Shown here one piece after another: positions 11,354-20,812 of a DNA stretch of 64,000 bases. Origin of the DNA: an uncultured Actinomycetes bacterium (GTDB lineage: Bacteria > Actinomycetota > Actinomycetes > Streptosporangiales > Streptosporangiaceae); the NCBI GenBank assembly GCA_963829725.1, contig CAWHJW010000005.1, forward strand, positions 369,976-433,975, in the 5' to 3' direction. Both the position numbers and the translations under genes were made by a program. Each line of letters begins with the position of its first letter. The stretch's first letter is position 1. The notes beneath the pieces are model-generated. The model was not told the DNA's origin, searched no databases, and saw only the letters and a program-made list of their open reading frames with translations.

Positions 11354-11850
11354 CGCCCGCACTCCAGTCCCGTTGCTTGAGCCATGCAACGGCTCCTTCC
11401 TGCTCACTGCGGACACAAGCAGGCTACGGCAACAGCGCGGCCACTGACCGCACAACCGCACCGCCACGCCAATGCGCAGAGCCGCGTCCCGGGCACCACG
11501 AACACTCACAGTGCCCACGCAGGCGGGTTTTCCACATCCTAGGCGATATCAGCCTCGGCCGCCGGGCTGATGCAGACTCGCCCGGGCAAAGAATGGAGTG
11601 GCGGCACGGGACCGCGGGGCGCGGGACGCAATCGTGACCGGCGCGCCGCGCCGGATGCGCGGAATGTCCGCGGCTGCGGGTCCCTGATGCCCGTAATATC
11701 TGCCACACGCGGAAACATGGCCACCATCCGGTCCGGACGGGGCACGGCACCGCGAGAATCTGGAAAGCTGTCCGTGTGAGCCCGCAGAGCCGACGACGAG
11801 AGCCCCCAGGCGGGCCGGGCCACCCAGGTCATGGGAAGGGACCGCGTTCG

Positions 11851-13462
11851 GTGATTCCCAGCGCCGCACCGCCCAACGCGTTGTTCGCCGAGATGCTCCG
11901 TGCTGCCCGCGAGCTGCTGGCGGTGCGCAGCCCGCTGGACGCGGAGCTCATGGTGAGCGAACTGCTCGGCACCTGGTGGGGTGAGCGGTCGCCACGCGCC
12001 GGGGGCGACGTCGAGGAGCTCGTCGGCGAGGGCCTGGTCAGTTACGCCGCCCAGCAGCGCAGCCCGGCCGCGCTCGCGCTGCTGTCCGGCATCGCCTGCC
12101 TGGGCACGCCGCGGCAGGCGATGCAGGCGGAAACGGCGGCGCTGGCCCTGATGGAACGCGGCGTGGTCCGGCCGCCGTGGGCCGAGCACGTCGGCGCCGT
12201 GACCGCTGGTGACAGCTACGTGAACTCGGACGCCTATGGGGACCGCGACGAGGTCGTCTGCGTGTTCAGCTACGCCGGCGAGGAGCCGCACGCCCTGGTC
12301 ATGGTGGTCAACTACAACGCCGAGGGGATGCTCCGGGACGGGTGGGTCACCTCGCAGGTGGACCGGTTGCTGGAGCGCTGCGCGGCGGCGGCTTGCGGCG
12401 CGGACGGCCAGCCAGGCCCGGTCCACGTTCAGCCAGGTGGACCCGCCGCAGGCGCGGCGGCTGCTGGAGACGGCCCTGGCCGTGACCGAGGCCCGGAAGA
12501 GCCCGGCACCCAGTGACTCGTTCGCGTCCTACCACGCGTTCATCAGGGCCAGGATCCGGACGCTGCCGCCGTCCCGGCCCCGCTCGGCGGCCGGCAACGG
12601 CGCCGTCACCCGTCCCGGGCCAGGGCCCTGGGAGACCGGGCACGGCTCAGGCTGGGGCGGCGCGACGGCCCGGCGGCACGCCTGGACCCGGGACCGCCGC
12701 GCCATGCCGGTGGCCGAGTTCCTCGCCTCGGATGAGGCCGAGGACCTGTCGGACACCAGGGCGGCCAGCCGCTGCGCGGACCACATCATCGACTACGGCT
12801 GTGACCATGACTTCGGGCGGCCGCTGCGGATGAGCCCGGCGAAGGTGGAAACCTTCCTGCTCGACTGGCTGCCCCGCAAGGTCCTGCTGCCGTCCGCCGA
12901 GCAGCACGCGATGCCGCATGTGCTGGCCGCCTGGGTGCGCTGGGCAGGACGGCGGCAGGGGCTGCCCGCGGAGATGATCGCCCAGACGCTGGACGCGGTG
13001 TTCGACTCGATGGGCACCTTCGCTCAGGTGTACCGGGACCCCACCTCGTTCGGCCTGGATGCCGGGCTGGTGGCCCGGCTGCTGCCCGATGACGACCTGG
13101 AGGCGCTGCCCCGGCGCGCGTTCGCCTTCCCGGTGCTGCGCGGCATGTTCGGCGGCATCGACCTGGCCGGGCTGGACCCGGCACTGGTCGCGGACCGGCG
13201 CACCCTGCTCGCCGCCGATCACCACGACGGGAACGGGCGGCCCAGCGGGCCGCTGCACATCGACCGGCATCTGGCTCTGGCCGACCGGCTATGGCGCGGT
13301 GACCCGCCGGAGCTGTGGGAGGCCGCGCAGCGGATGCTGGACCGCGGTGAGGACCGGCACGCCGTGCTGCACACCCTGATGTACGTGCTGCGCGACGCGG
13401 GCCCGGACGCCGCCAGCCTGATCGCCGCGCTCCAGGCGCTGCCGCCCGCTCCCCCGGACTGA
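11851..13462 (+). pseudogene. conserved actinobacterial hypothetical protein, one extra base at about 12385-12425
   Basis: Frame 1 (..VFSYAGEEPHALVMVVNYNAEGMLRDGWVTSQVDRLLERCAAAA) and frame 2 (..STFSQVDPPQARRLLETALAVTEARK.. to the stop at 13462) both have high GC3 and overlap. Length is 3n+1 from the GTG at 11851, which has a GGAAGGGA RBS. Function unknown. Confidence 0.6.
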
Positions 13463-13488
13463 GCACCGCGCCCGGACTGAGCACCGCG
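13453..13488. repeat. 18-bp perfect tandem duplication spanning a stop codon
   Basis: cccggactgagcaccgcg occurs twice. The first copy contains the TGA (13460-13462) of the preceding gene. Confidence 0.9.
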
Positions 13489-13572
13489 GCGGGGGCAGCC
13501 GCGGGCACGGGCCGTTGAGACGGCAGGAGTTTTCGCGGTGCCCGGTCAGGGAGCCGCGGCCGGCCGGCGGCC

Positions 13573-16077
13573 TCAGCCCTCGCCGGCGAAGGCCGCACCC
13601 AGCTCGCGGAAGGCGCCGCGCAGGTCGGCGGCCGAGACGGTGGTGAGGTCCGCGGCGCTGGCCTGATCGTCCAGGTGGGCCACCCGCACGTCGCGGGCCG
13701 CGCAGGCCCGCTCGAACAGGCTCCGGGCGAACCGGCCGTTCCCCAGCTCGTCGATCTGGCGGTGTTGTGCCGCCAGCGTGAAGATCTCCTCCAGCACCGG
13801 CAGCGCGTCCGGCTCGAAGCTGTCCCCGTGCTGCTCGGCGATGACACCGGCGATCCGGCACAGCTCACCGGGGGTGTAACTGGGGAAGCCGATCCGCACG
13901 CTGAACCGTGACCCGAGCCCGGGGTTGCTGTGCAGGAAGCGGTCCATGTCGGCCGGGTACCCGGCCAGCACGATCACCAGCCGGTCCCGGTCGTCCTCAG
14001 CCCGCTTGAGCAGCGTGGCCACCGCTTCCGAGCCGTAGGCGTCCCCGCCCGAGTAGCCGATGTTGTAGAGCGAGTAGGCCTCGTCGATGAACAGCACCCC
14101 GCCGAGCGCGGAGTCGATCAGCTTGCCCGTCTTGATCGCGGTCGAGCCGAGGTGCTCGCCGACCAGGTCGGCCCGGTGTGCCTCGATCACCTCCGGCCGG
14201 ACCAGCAGCCCCAGCGCGGTGAAGATCCGGCCGAGGATGCGGGCGACCGTGGTCTTGCCCGTCCCCGGGGGCCCGGTGAACACGAAATGCCGGACCGGGG
14301 GCTGGCTGGACAGGCCCTGCCGCTCCCGCAGCCGGGCCACCCGCAGCTGGGCCGCGATCTCGTGTACCTGGCGCTTGACCGGCTCTAGGCCAACCAGCTC
14401 ATCGAGTTCCGCGAGCGCGCTGTCCAGGGTGGGCGCCTCGGTGTAGCCGCGGAACCGTGCGGTCAGCTCGGCCCCGGCCCGCTCCAGGTCCGCCGCCTCC
14501 AGCGTGGTCAGCTCGGCGGGCGTCGGCTCGGCCCCGTCCGCCATCACCCGGACGTCCCGCGCCCGGCCCGCCTTCTCCAGGAGGTTGCGCACGAAGCGCC
14601 CGTTGCCGAGCTCGTCGGCGAGCCGGCGGCGGCCGATATCCTCCATCATCCGCCACAGGGCCGGCCGGGCGTCCGCGTCGAGCATCTCCCCGCGCTGCTC
14701 CAGGTACAGCTCGGATAGCGCCATCAGCTCGGCCGGGCTGTAGCTCGGGAACTTGACCCGGAGGCCGAACCGGGAGTTCAGCCCGGGGTTGCTGGCCAGG
14801 AAGCCCTCCATCTGCTTCTCGTAGCCGGCCAGGATGATGATGAGCTCGGACCGGTTGTCCTCGGCCCGCTTGAGCAGCGCCTGGACCGCCTCGTGGCCGA
14901 ACCGGTCCCCCTGGCCCTCACTCTCGTTCACCAGGCTGTAGGCCTCGTCGATGAACAGGACCCCGCCCATTGCACTGTTCACCAGGTCGTTCGTCTTGAT
15001 GGCGGTGGCGCCAAGGTACTCACCGACCAGGTCGGCGCGCTGCGCCTCCACCACCGCCGGGGTGTCCAGCAGCCCGAAGGCATAGAAGATCTTCGCGATG
15101 ACCCGGGCGACCGATGTCTTCCCGGTACCCGGCGGCCCGAGGAAGACGAAGTGCTGCATCGGCTTGCCGGTGTCGTAGCCGGCCATGGCCCGCCGCCGGG
15201 CGGCCTCCACCGAGGCAGTGATCTGGCGGACCTGTTCCTTGACCGATTCCAGGCCGATCATGTTCTCGAGCTCGGCCATGGCCTGGGCCACAGTGATCTC
15301 GGGCGGCTGCGGGTCAGCGCCGGCCCGCTCGCGCGCCGCCGTGGCATCCGCCGGGCGCACCGCGCCTTCCGCGGTCTGCACCACCCGGGCGGGATCCCCC
15401 GGCCGGCCGCCGCGCCCGGAGCCCGGGTACCCGGTGGTCCGGGCGCCGGGGCGGGGCGCCACGGCCGCGCTCCCAGGGCGGTGCGGCGCCGCGAGCGCGC
15501 CGCTCCGGGCCTGCTGGCGGCTGCGCGCCCGCGCCTCCTGCTGCGACTTGCCCAGCCGCCAGAGGAGCACACAGAGCGCGAGACCCCAGGCGATCGCGTC
15601 GCCGATCACCGGCCGGCTGGTCGCCAGCCACCAGGCCAGCAGGCCTGGCGGGAGCGACCAGACCATAGCCCACGCCACCGTCCGGCAGGGCACGTAGCGG
15701 CGGGAGATCGCCGGGGCGTGCGCCGCCGGGACGGCCACGCAGGGCAGGAGCGCCAGCGGGACGATCGCGGACCCGACCCGGTTGGTGACGGCGGCGACGA
15801 GGAGCACCGCCACCAGGCCCCAGACGGCGACGAAGACGGAGGCGAGCACCCGCCGGCTGCCCTGCCACGCAGCGACCGGCCCGTAACCAAGTGCAATCGC
15901 GATGACCAGGTCCCAGACCCGCGCGCCGAGGCTGAACGAGCCGACGATCAAGGCGACCAGCACGATGACCAGCAGGATCTTCACCGGCAACGGGGCTACG
16001 GCGATGGACCGGCGCACGCGCTCAAGCCCTTCCCGCGCCATTCGCCCGCCAGGTACGGACCTGTCCTCTGGCCGCAT
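13573..16077 (-). CDS. membrane-anchored protein with two tandem CbxX/SpoVK-type AAA+ ATPase domains
   Basis: The N-terminus has several hydrophobic helices (ILLVIVLVALIVGSFSL.., VFVAVWGLVAVLLVAAV..). Two modules follow, each with a Walker A (FLGPPGTGKTSVAR and FTGPPGTGKTTVAR) and a Walker B (GGVLFIDEAYSL, twice), plus LIIILAGY / LVIVLAGY and NGRFVRNL / NGRFARSL. Confidence 0.85.
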   Translation of the reverse strand: MRPEDRSVPGGRMAREGLERVRRSIAVAPLPVKILLVIVLVALIVGSFSLGARVWDLVIAIALGYGPVAAWQGSRRVLASVFVAVWGLVAVLLVAAVTNRVGSAIVPLALLPCVAVPAAHAPAISRRYVPCRTVAWAMVWSLPPGLLAWWLATSRPVIGDAIAWGLALCVLLWRLGKSQQEARARSRQQARSGALAAPHRPGSAAVAPRPGARTTGYPGSGRGGRPGDPARVVQTAEGAVRPADATAARERAGADPQPPEITVAQAMAELENMIGLESVKEQVRQITASVEAARRRAMAGYDTGKPMQHFVFLGPPGTGKTSVARVIAKIFYAFGLLDTPAVVEAQRADLVGEYLGATAIKTNDLVNSAMGGVLFIDEAYSLVNESEGQGDRFGHEAVQALLKRAEDNRSELIIILAGYEKQMEGFLASNPGLNSRFGLRVKFPSYSPAELMALSELYLEQRGEMLDADARPALWRMMEDIGRRRLADELGNGRFVRNLLEKAGRARDVRVMADGAEPTPAELTTLEAADLERAGAELTARFRGYTEAPTLDSALAELDELVGLEPVKRQVHEIAAQLRVARLRERQGLSSQPPVRHFVFTGPPGTGKTTVARILGRIFTALGLLVRPEVIEAHRADLVGEHLGSTAIKTGKLIDSALGGVLFIDEAYSLYNIGYSGGDAYGSEAVATLLKRAEDDRDRLVIVLAGYPADMDRFLHSNPGLGSRFSVRIGFPSYTPGELCRIAGVIAEQHGDSFEPDALPVLEEIFTLAAQHRQIDELGNGRFARSLFERACAARDVRVAHLDDQASAADLTTVSAADLRGAFRELGAAFAGEG

Positions 16078-16341
16078 CTTGCTCCCTCGTGCCGTTCCCT
16101 GTATAGCGCAATTACCACGCGCTTACAGCGACACACAACCAGATACCGGCAGAGAATGGCCAGGCCAGATTCTGCCACGCCGGCCCGGCGGGGGGATGAC
16201 CCCGCCGGTACTGCCCCCACGCGCCGTCGCTGACAGGGTAATCGACACACGGGCCGCGGGCGTCTCTGCGGATGATCTGGAGTTTCTGCGGGATAGCCCT
16301 GGGGCGGCTGTGCGGAATATATGCCGCACTTCGGGGACCGC

Positions 16342-17238
16342 TCAGGCTTCGAGACCGTCCACGAACGAGTAGGGCGGCCACGGGCCGTTCAGTTCGGCGC
16401 GCATCCCGGCCTGCCGGGCGGTGAGACCGTGCAGTACGGCGGTGAACCCGGCGGCCCGGTCGGGATCCAGGAGATAGGCGGCGTTCAGCGCCATCCACTC
16501 GCCACGGTCGGCGAAGTGCGGATCCTCGGCCGGCTGCCGCCGCGCGGACTCGGCCACGTCGCTCAGGGCCACGTCGATGAGGTCCGCGGCCGCCTCCGCC
16601 TCGGCCACCGCCTCCGGATCGCCCGGCCGGGCGTAGATCTGCACCCCCCACTCCACCCGGTTGCGGAACTTCTCCAGCAGCTCGGTGAATTCTCCTCGCC
16701 GGCTGCCCAGCAGGGCCCGCACGGTGGTGTCATCCGGGTGCAGCGTGGCGAGCCGGAGCGGCAGCACCGGGCCGCCCGCCGCGGCGCGCTCGATGACCCG
16801 GTGATGAGCCCGGCCGACCCGCTCGATGTTGTCCAGCCCGCCGAGCAGGCTGGCCAGCGCCTGCTCGCCGAACGTCCGGGCATCCACCGATCCGACCACC
16901 GCGGTGAGGCCGGCCGCGGTCACCGCGCGCACCGGCTCGCGGCCCACGCCGGTCATCCCGTCCAGCTGGCCGGGGCGGAGGCCGTCAGTGATGGCATAGA
17001 CCCAGATCACCTCGTCGGGCAGGGCACCCGGGGGCGGCGTGGCCAGGGCGTGGCCAGCCGCCGTGCGGCTGTTCCAGGGCCGGGCAGCCCGGTGCGTGCC
17101 CGGCCTGCGGGACGGCGGCCGGCTGGCCGGCATCCGGGCCGCAGGCAGCCTGGCCGCCGGCCGCCGGGCCGCACTCTGGCTCGTCATCATCGTCAGTGCC
17201 ATGTCACTCCTCCGCGGAGCGTCCGCCCCTGCTCGCAA
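16342..17238 (-). CDS. GvpL/GvpF family protein (orphan gas-vesicle-type protein)
   Basis: Family-typical pattern: VIWVYAITDG..MTGVGREPVRAVTAAGLTAVVGSVDARTFGE..LDNIERVGRAHHRVIERAAAGGPVLPLRLATLHPDD..EWGVQIY..AYLLD..NGPWPPYSF. The start is uncertain (17238 or ATG at 17202). Confidence 0.8.
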   Translation of the reverse strand: MRAGADAPRRSDMALTMMTSQSAARRPAARLPAARMPASRPPSRRPGTHRAARPWNSRTAAGHALATPPPGALPDEVIWVYAITDGLRPGQLDGMTGVGREPVRAVTAAGLTAVVGSVDARTFGEQALASLLGGLDNIERVGRAHHRVIERAAAGGPVLPLRLATLHPDDTTVRALLGSRRGEFTELLEKFRNRVEWGVQIYARPGDPEAVAEAEAAADLIDVALSDVAESARRQPAEDPHFADRGEWMALNAAYLLDPDRAAGFTAVLHGLTARQAGMRAELNGPWPPYSFVDGLEA

Positions 17239-17421
17239 GCGTCCAGCCTGGCCGGTGGCGGCCGGTAACGGCGGCAGAATGTCCGCTAGATCACTTATCC
17301 GTAATGTGCACCTACTAGCAGCGCCCGAGGGTCAGCCACCCCGCGGTCGGTCAGCGCCGTCACGCCCGTCAGCACGTCGTCCACCTCGGGATCCCGCCCC
17401 CGGGTGGGACCGGGCCGCCCC

Positions 17422-17450
17422 TTGACATCCCTTGAGATAACCGCTATCTA
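17422..17450 (+). promoter_or_regulatory. sigma70-like promoter with palindromic operator upstream of padR
   Basis: TTGACA (17422-17427), 17-nt spacer, TATCTA (17445-17450). The inverted repeat GATAaccgcTATC overlaps the spacer and the -10. The segment is AT-rich relative to its surroundings. Confidence 0.5.
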
Positions 17451-17481
17451 TATGGCTAGCCGTTAGAGGAGAGAGGGAGCC

Positions 17482-18009
17482 GTGCAGCAGGAAGTGGTGC
17501 TGGCGATGCTGGCCAAGGAGCCGTCGCACGGCTACCAGCTCCGCGCGCGGCTGCAGCAGGCGCTCGGACCGGCGGGGGACGCGATGAACGCCGGGCAGAT
17601 CTACGTCACGCTATCGCGGCTGGAGAAGGCCGGGCTGGTCACCTGCGAGCAGGCGGCGGGCCTGCCGGACCGCCCGGACCGCAAGGTATACGCGCTGACG
17701 GCGCCCGGGCAGCAGCGGGTCAGTACCTGGATCACCGAGGTGAGCTGGCCCGGGCCGGGCCTGGCGGAATTCCATCTCAAGCTGATCGCGGCCGCCGCGG
17801 CCAGGCTGGCCGACCCGCTGGCGATCATCGACGCGCAGCGCCGGGAACTTCTGCGCCGGCTGCGGGATGCCCAGCGCGCGGCGATGGCCGGGCCGGACCG
17901 CCCGGACGCGGCACTGCTGCTGGAGGGCATCGTGCTCCGGCTGCAGGCAGACCTGCGCTGGCTGGAAGCGTGCGAGCGGAACTGGACCGACCGGAAGGAC
18001 CGGCCATGA
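17482..18009 (+). CDS. PadR family transcriptional regulator
   Basis: N-terminal winged-helix signature VVLAMLAKEPSHGYQLRARLQQ..GQIYVTLSRLEKAGLV. RBS GGAGAGAGGGAG lies upstream. An ATGA overlap links it to the next gene. Confidence 0.85.
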   Translation: MQQEVVLAMLAKEPSHGYQLRARLQQALGPAGDAMNAGQIYVTLSRLEKAGLVTCEQAAGLPDRPDRKVYALTAPGQQRVSTWITEVSWPGPGLAEFHLKLIAAAAARLADPLAIIDAQRRELLRRLRDAQRAAMAGPDRPDAALLLEGIVLRLQADLRWLEACERNWTDRKDRP

Positions 18010-18752
18010 ACGGCATAGACGGCACGCCGGTGCTGCGCGCCCGCGGGCTGCGCAAGGACTACGGCCGGGACGCCGGCCTGGTCCGCGCGGTCGACGGGGT
18101 GGACCTGGACGTCGCGCCGGGCGAGACGCTGGCGGTGATGGGGCCGAGCGGGTGCGGGAAGTCGACGCTGCTGCACCTGCTCGGCGGGCTGGACCGGCCC
18201 ACCGCCGGGCAGATCTGGCTGGCCGGCCAGCGGGCCGACCGGCTCTCCGAAAGGGCGCTGGCCCGGCTGCGGCGCGACGCGGCCGGGTTCGTGTTCCAGG
18301 CCTTTCACCTGATGGACGAGCTGACCGCGGCAGAGAACGTCGAGCTGCCCGCGCTGCTGGCCGGGCGCTCACCGCGCGTCGCCCGGCGGCGGGCCGCGGA
18401 CCTGCTGGAACGGGTCGGGCTGGCCGACCGCGCCCGATTCCTGCCGTCAGCGCTGTCCGGGGGCCAGCGCCAGCGCGTCGCCATCGCCCGGGCGCTCGCC
18501 AACGAGCCCGCCGTGGTCCTGGCCGACGAGCCGACCGGCAACCTCGACAGCGCAGCCACCCTGGACGTGCTCCGCCTCTTCGACAGCCTGCACACGGCCG
18601 GGCAGACCCTGATCATCGTCACCCACGACTCCCGGATCGCGGCCACCGCCGACCGTCTCATCGGCATGCGCGACGGGGCCTTCGCCGACGAGACCCGGCT
18701 GACCGGCAGCACCACCGGCAGCCTCGGCGCCCTCGCCGGGCTCGAGGGCTGA
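18006..18752 (+). CDS. ABC transporter ATP-binding protein (MacB/LolD-like)
   Basis: Walker A GPSGCGKST, signature LSGGQRQRVAIARAL, Walker B VVLADEPTGNLD, H-loop IIVTHD. Confidence 0.9.
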   Translation: MNGIDGTPVLRARGLRKDYGRDAGLVRAVDGVDLDVAPGETLAVMGPSGCGKSTLLHLLGGLDRPTAGQIWLAGQRADRLSERALARLRRDAAGFVFQAFHLMDELTAAENVELPALLAGRSPRVARRRAADLLERVGLADRARFLPSALSGGQRQRVAIARALANEPAVVLADEPTGNLDSAATLDVLRLFDSLHTAGQTLIIVTHDSRIAATADRLIGMRDGAFADETRLTGSTTGSLGALAGLEG

Positions 18753-18755
18753 CCG

Positions 18756-20612
18756 GTGGGCCAGGTCCTGCTCGTCTGGCGCCTCGCGGTGAAGGACATC
18801 CGTCACCGGCCCGCCCAGGCCATCCTCCTGCTGCTCGCCATCGCCGCCGGGACCGCGACGCTGGCGCTCGGGCTCGCGCTCCAGGGCACGACGGACAACC
18901 CGTACGCGAGGACCCGCGCGGCAACGAACGGGCCGGATATCGTGACCTCCCTCCTCCCGGACGGCTCTACTGCCCCGGCGCCGGCCACCACGGCCCGCCC
19001 CGGCGGTCCGGGCGGCCCGAGTGGCCCCGGGACGCCCGATGTGGGCGGGCTGGTGTCCCTCGAGCATGCCCCGGGGGTGTCCGCGCACAGCGGGCCGTTC
19101 CCCGTGACCTGGACATTGCTCCGGACGGGTCACACGACGGGAGGCGCCGAGGTGGAAGGGCGGAGCACCGCGCCCTCGTCCGTCGACCAGCCGGAGCTGA
19201 TCCAGGGCACCTGGGTCCGGCCCGGCGGGGTGGTCGTCGAGGCCGCGTTCGCGGACGCGCTCGGCCTTCACGTCGGTGACCGGCTGAGCCTGGGCGGGAA
19301 CTCATTCGAGGTGGCCGGTACGGCGGTCACCGCTGCTGTCCCCGACTATCCGGGCACCTGCGGCTCCCCCCTCGGCTGCTTCCTGACGGGGCGCCTCAGC
19401 TCCACACGGCCCGGCCTGGTCTGGGCGACCGAAGCCGATGCCGGGCACATTGCGCGCGCGGCGGCCTCCACGCCCGTCGCTTACTTCCTGAACCTGAAGC
19501 TCAGCGATCCGGCCCGGGCGAGCGCGTTCGCCGGCCGCTACAACGCCAGTGCCGTACCAACAGCACCGTACCTGTATTCCTGGCAGAGCATCCGCGACGG
19601 GGACGCGCAGGTGATCGCCAGGATGCAGCTAGTCCTCTTCACGGGGAGCTGGCTGCTTGCCCTCCTGGCGCTCGCGAGTGTGGTGGTGCTCGTCGGCGGC
19701 CGCATGGCCGAGCAGACCCGCCGGGTGGGCCTGCTGAAGGCGGTCGGCGGCACGCCGCGGCTGGTCGCCGTCGTGCTGCTGTCCGAGCACGTGCTCGTCG
19801 GCCTGTGCGCCGCCGGGGCAGGGCTGGCTGCCGGATGGCTGGCGGCACCATTGCTCGACGGACCGGGGGCAGGCCTCCTCGGCGCCCCGAGCGCCCCGTC
19901 GCTCAGCGCCTCCACGGTCGGCCTGGTGATCGCGCTGGCGCTGGTGGTGGCCGTCGTGGCCACGTTCGTGCCGGCGATCCGGGCCGCGCGCCAGAGCACG
20001 GTCGCCGCACTCGAGGACTCGGCCCGGGCACCACGGCGCCGGGCCGCGGTGATCAGGCTGTCAGCGCACCTGCCAGCGCCGCTCCTCCTCGGCGCACGGC
20101 TGGCCATTCGCCGCCCGTGGCGGCTGCTGCTGAGCGTGTTCAGCATCGCCGTCACCGCCAGCGGCCTCGTGGCCGTGCTGATCCTGCATGCGACGGTGGG
20201 GAGCTCGTCCCTCGGTCCCCGGCTGGCCCAGGCGACCACCATCATCTCGGTCATGCTCGTCATCCTGGCCACGGTCAACGCCGTCTTGGTCGCCTGGGCG
20301 ACATCGCTGGACACACGGCACTCGGCCGCTCTCGCCCGTGCCCTCGGCAGCACGCCAGGCCAGATCACGACCGGCCTGTCCATGGCCCAGCTGCTCCCGG
20401 CCCTGGCCGGGGCGCTGCTCGGCATCCCCGGCGGGGTCGTCATCTACGACGCCGCGAGGAACGGCCCGGGCCCGATGACGATCCCGCCTGTCCTCTGGCT
20501 TGCCGCGATAGTCGCCGGGACGCTGCTGGCCGTCGCCGTGCTCACCGCCATCCCGGCCCGCATCAGCGCACGCCGGCCCGTGACTGAAGTGCTGCAGGCT
20601 GAGGCCGCGTGA
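18756..20612 (+). CDS. ABC transporter permease, FtsX-like
   Basis: GTG start 4 nt after the ATPase stop. The protein has an N-terminal TM helix, a large extracytoplasmic loop, then repeated hydrophobic FtsX-type segments (LLKAVGGTPRLVAVVLLSEHVLVGL.., ALARALGSTPGQITTGL..). Confidence 0.8.
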   Translation: MGQVLLVWRLAVKDIRHRPAQAILLLLAIAAGTATLALGLALQGTTDNPYARTRAATNGPDIVTSLLPDGSTAPAPATTARPGGPGGPSGPGTPDVGGLVSLEHAPGVSAHSGPFPVTWTLLRTGHTTGGAEVEGRSTAPSSVDQPELIQGTWVRPGGVVVEAAFADALGLHVGDRLSLGGNSFEVAGTAVTAAVPDYPGTCGSPLGCFLTGRLSSTRPGLVWATEADAGHIARAAASTPVAYFLNLKLSDPARASAFAGRYNASAVPTAPYLYSWQSIRDGDAQVIARMQLVLFTGSWLLALLALASVVVLVGGRMAEQTRRVGLLKAVGGTPRLVAVVLLSEHVLVGLCAAGAGLAAGWLAAPLLDGPGAGLLGAPSAPSLSASTVGLVIALALVVAVVATFVPAIRAARQSTVAALEDSARAPRRRAAVIRLSAHLPAPLLLGARLAIRRPWRLLLSVFSIAVTASGLVAVLILHATVGSSSLGPRLAQATTIISVMLVILATVNAVLVAWATSLDTRHSAALARALGSTPGQITTGLSMAQLLPALAGALLGIPGGVVIYDAARNGPGPMTIPPVLWLAAIVAGTLLAVAVLTAIPARISARRPVTEVLQAEAA

Positions 20613-20717
20613 CCAGATGGCCAGCCCTCATGGAGGGCCGCCGCCCGCTTGGGCAGCTGCGCGAAAACCTCCCCAGCAAACCCGCTAAAGGTCCTAGGCC
20701 GACAACACGACTTTGGC

Positions 20718-20752
20718 TGGGCTGGCCCAAGCCGTATGCTCGGGCCAGCCCA
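20718..20752. terminator. stem-loop between convergent genes
   Basis: TGGGCTGGCCC (20718-20728) pairs with GGGCCAGCCCA (20742-20752) around a 13-nt loop. It lies between the permease stop and the nrdJ stop. Confidence 0.5.
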
Positions 20753-20812
20753 CACCCTCCGCGCACAGAGCCAAACCGGCTGCTGTTACACCAGGTGCGA
20801 TACCGCTCAGTT

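Noticed and set aside
16342-17238. Gas vesicle gene cluster
   Set aside because: Only a single GvpL/F-type gene is present. No GvpA/J/S/K/G/O/N-like ORFs occur within the window.
17970-18005. Upstream extension of the ABC ATPase ORF
   Set aside because: The ATG at 18006 overlaps the padR stop (ATGA) and starts the conserved sequence. The extension lies inside padR.
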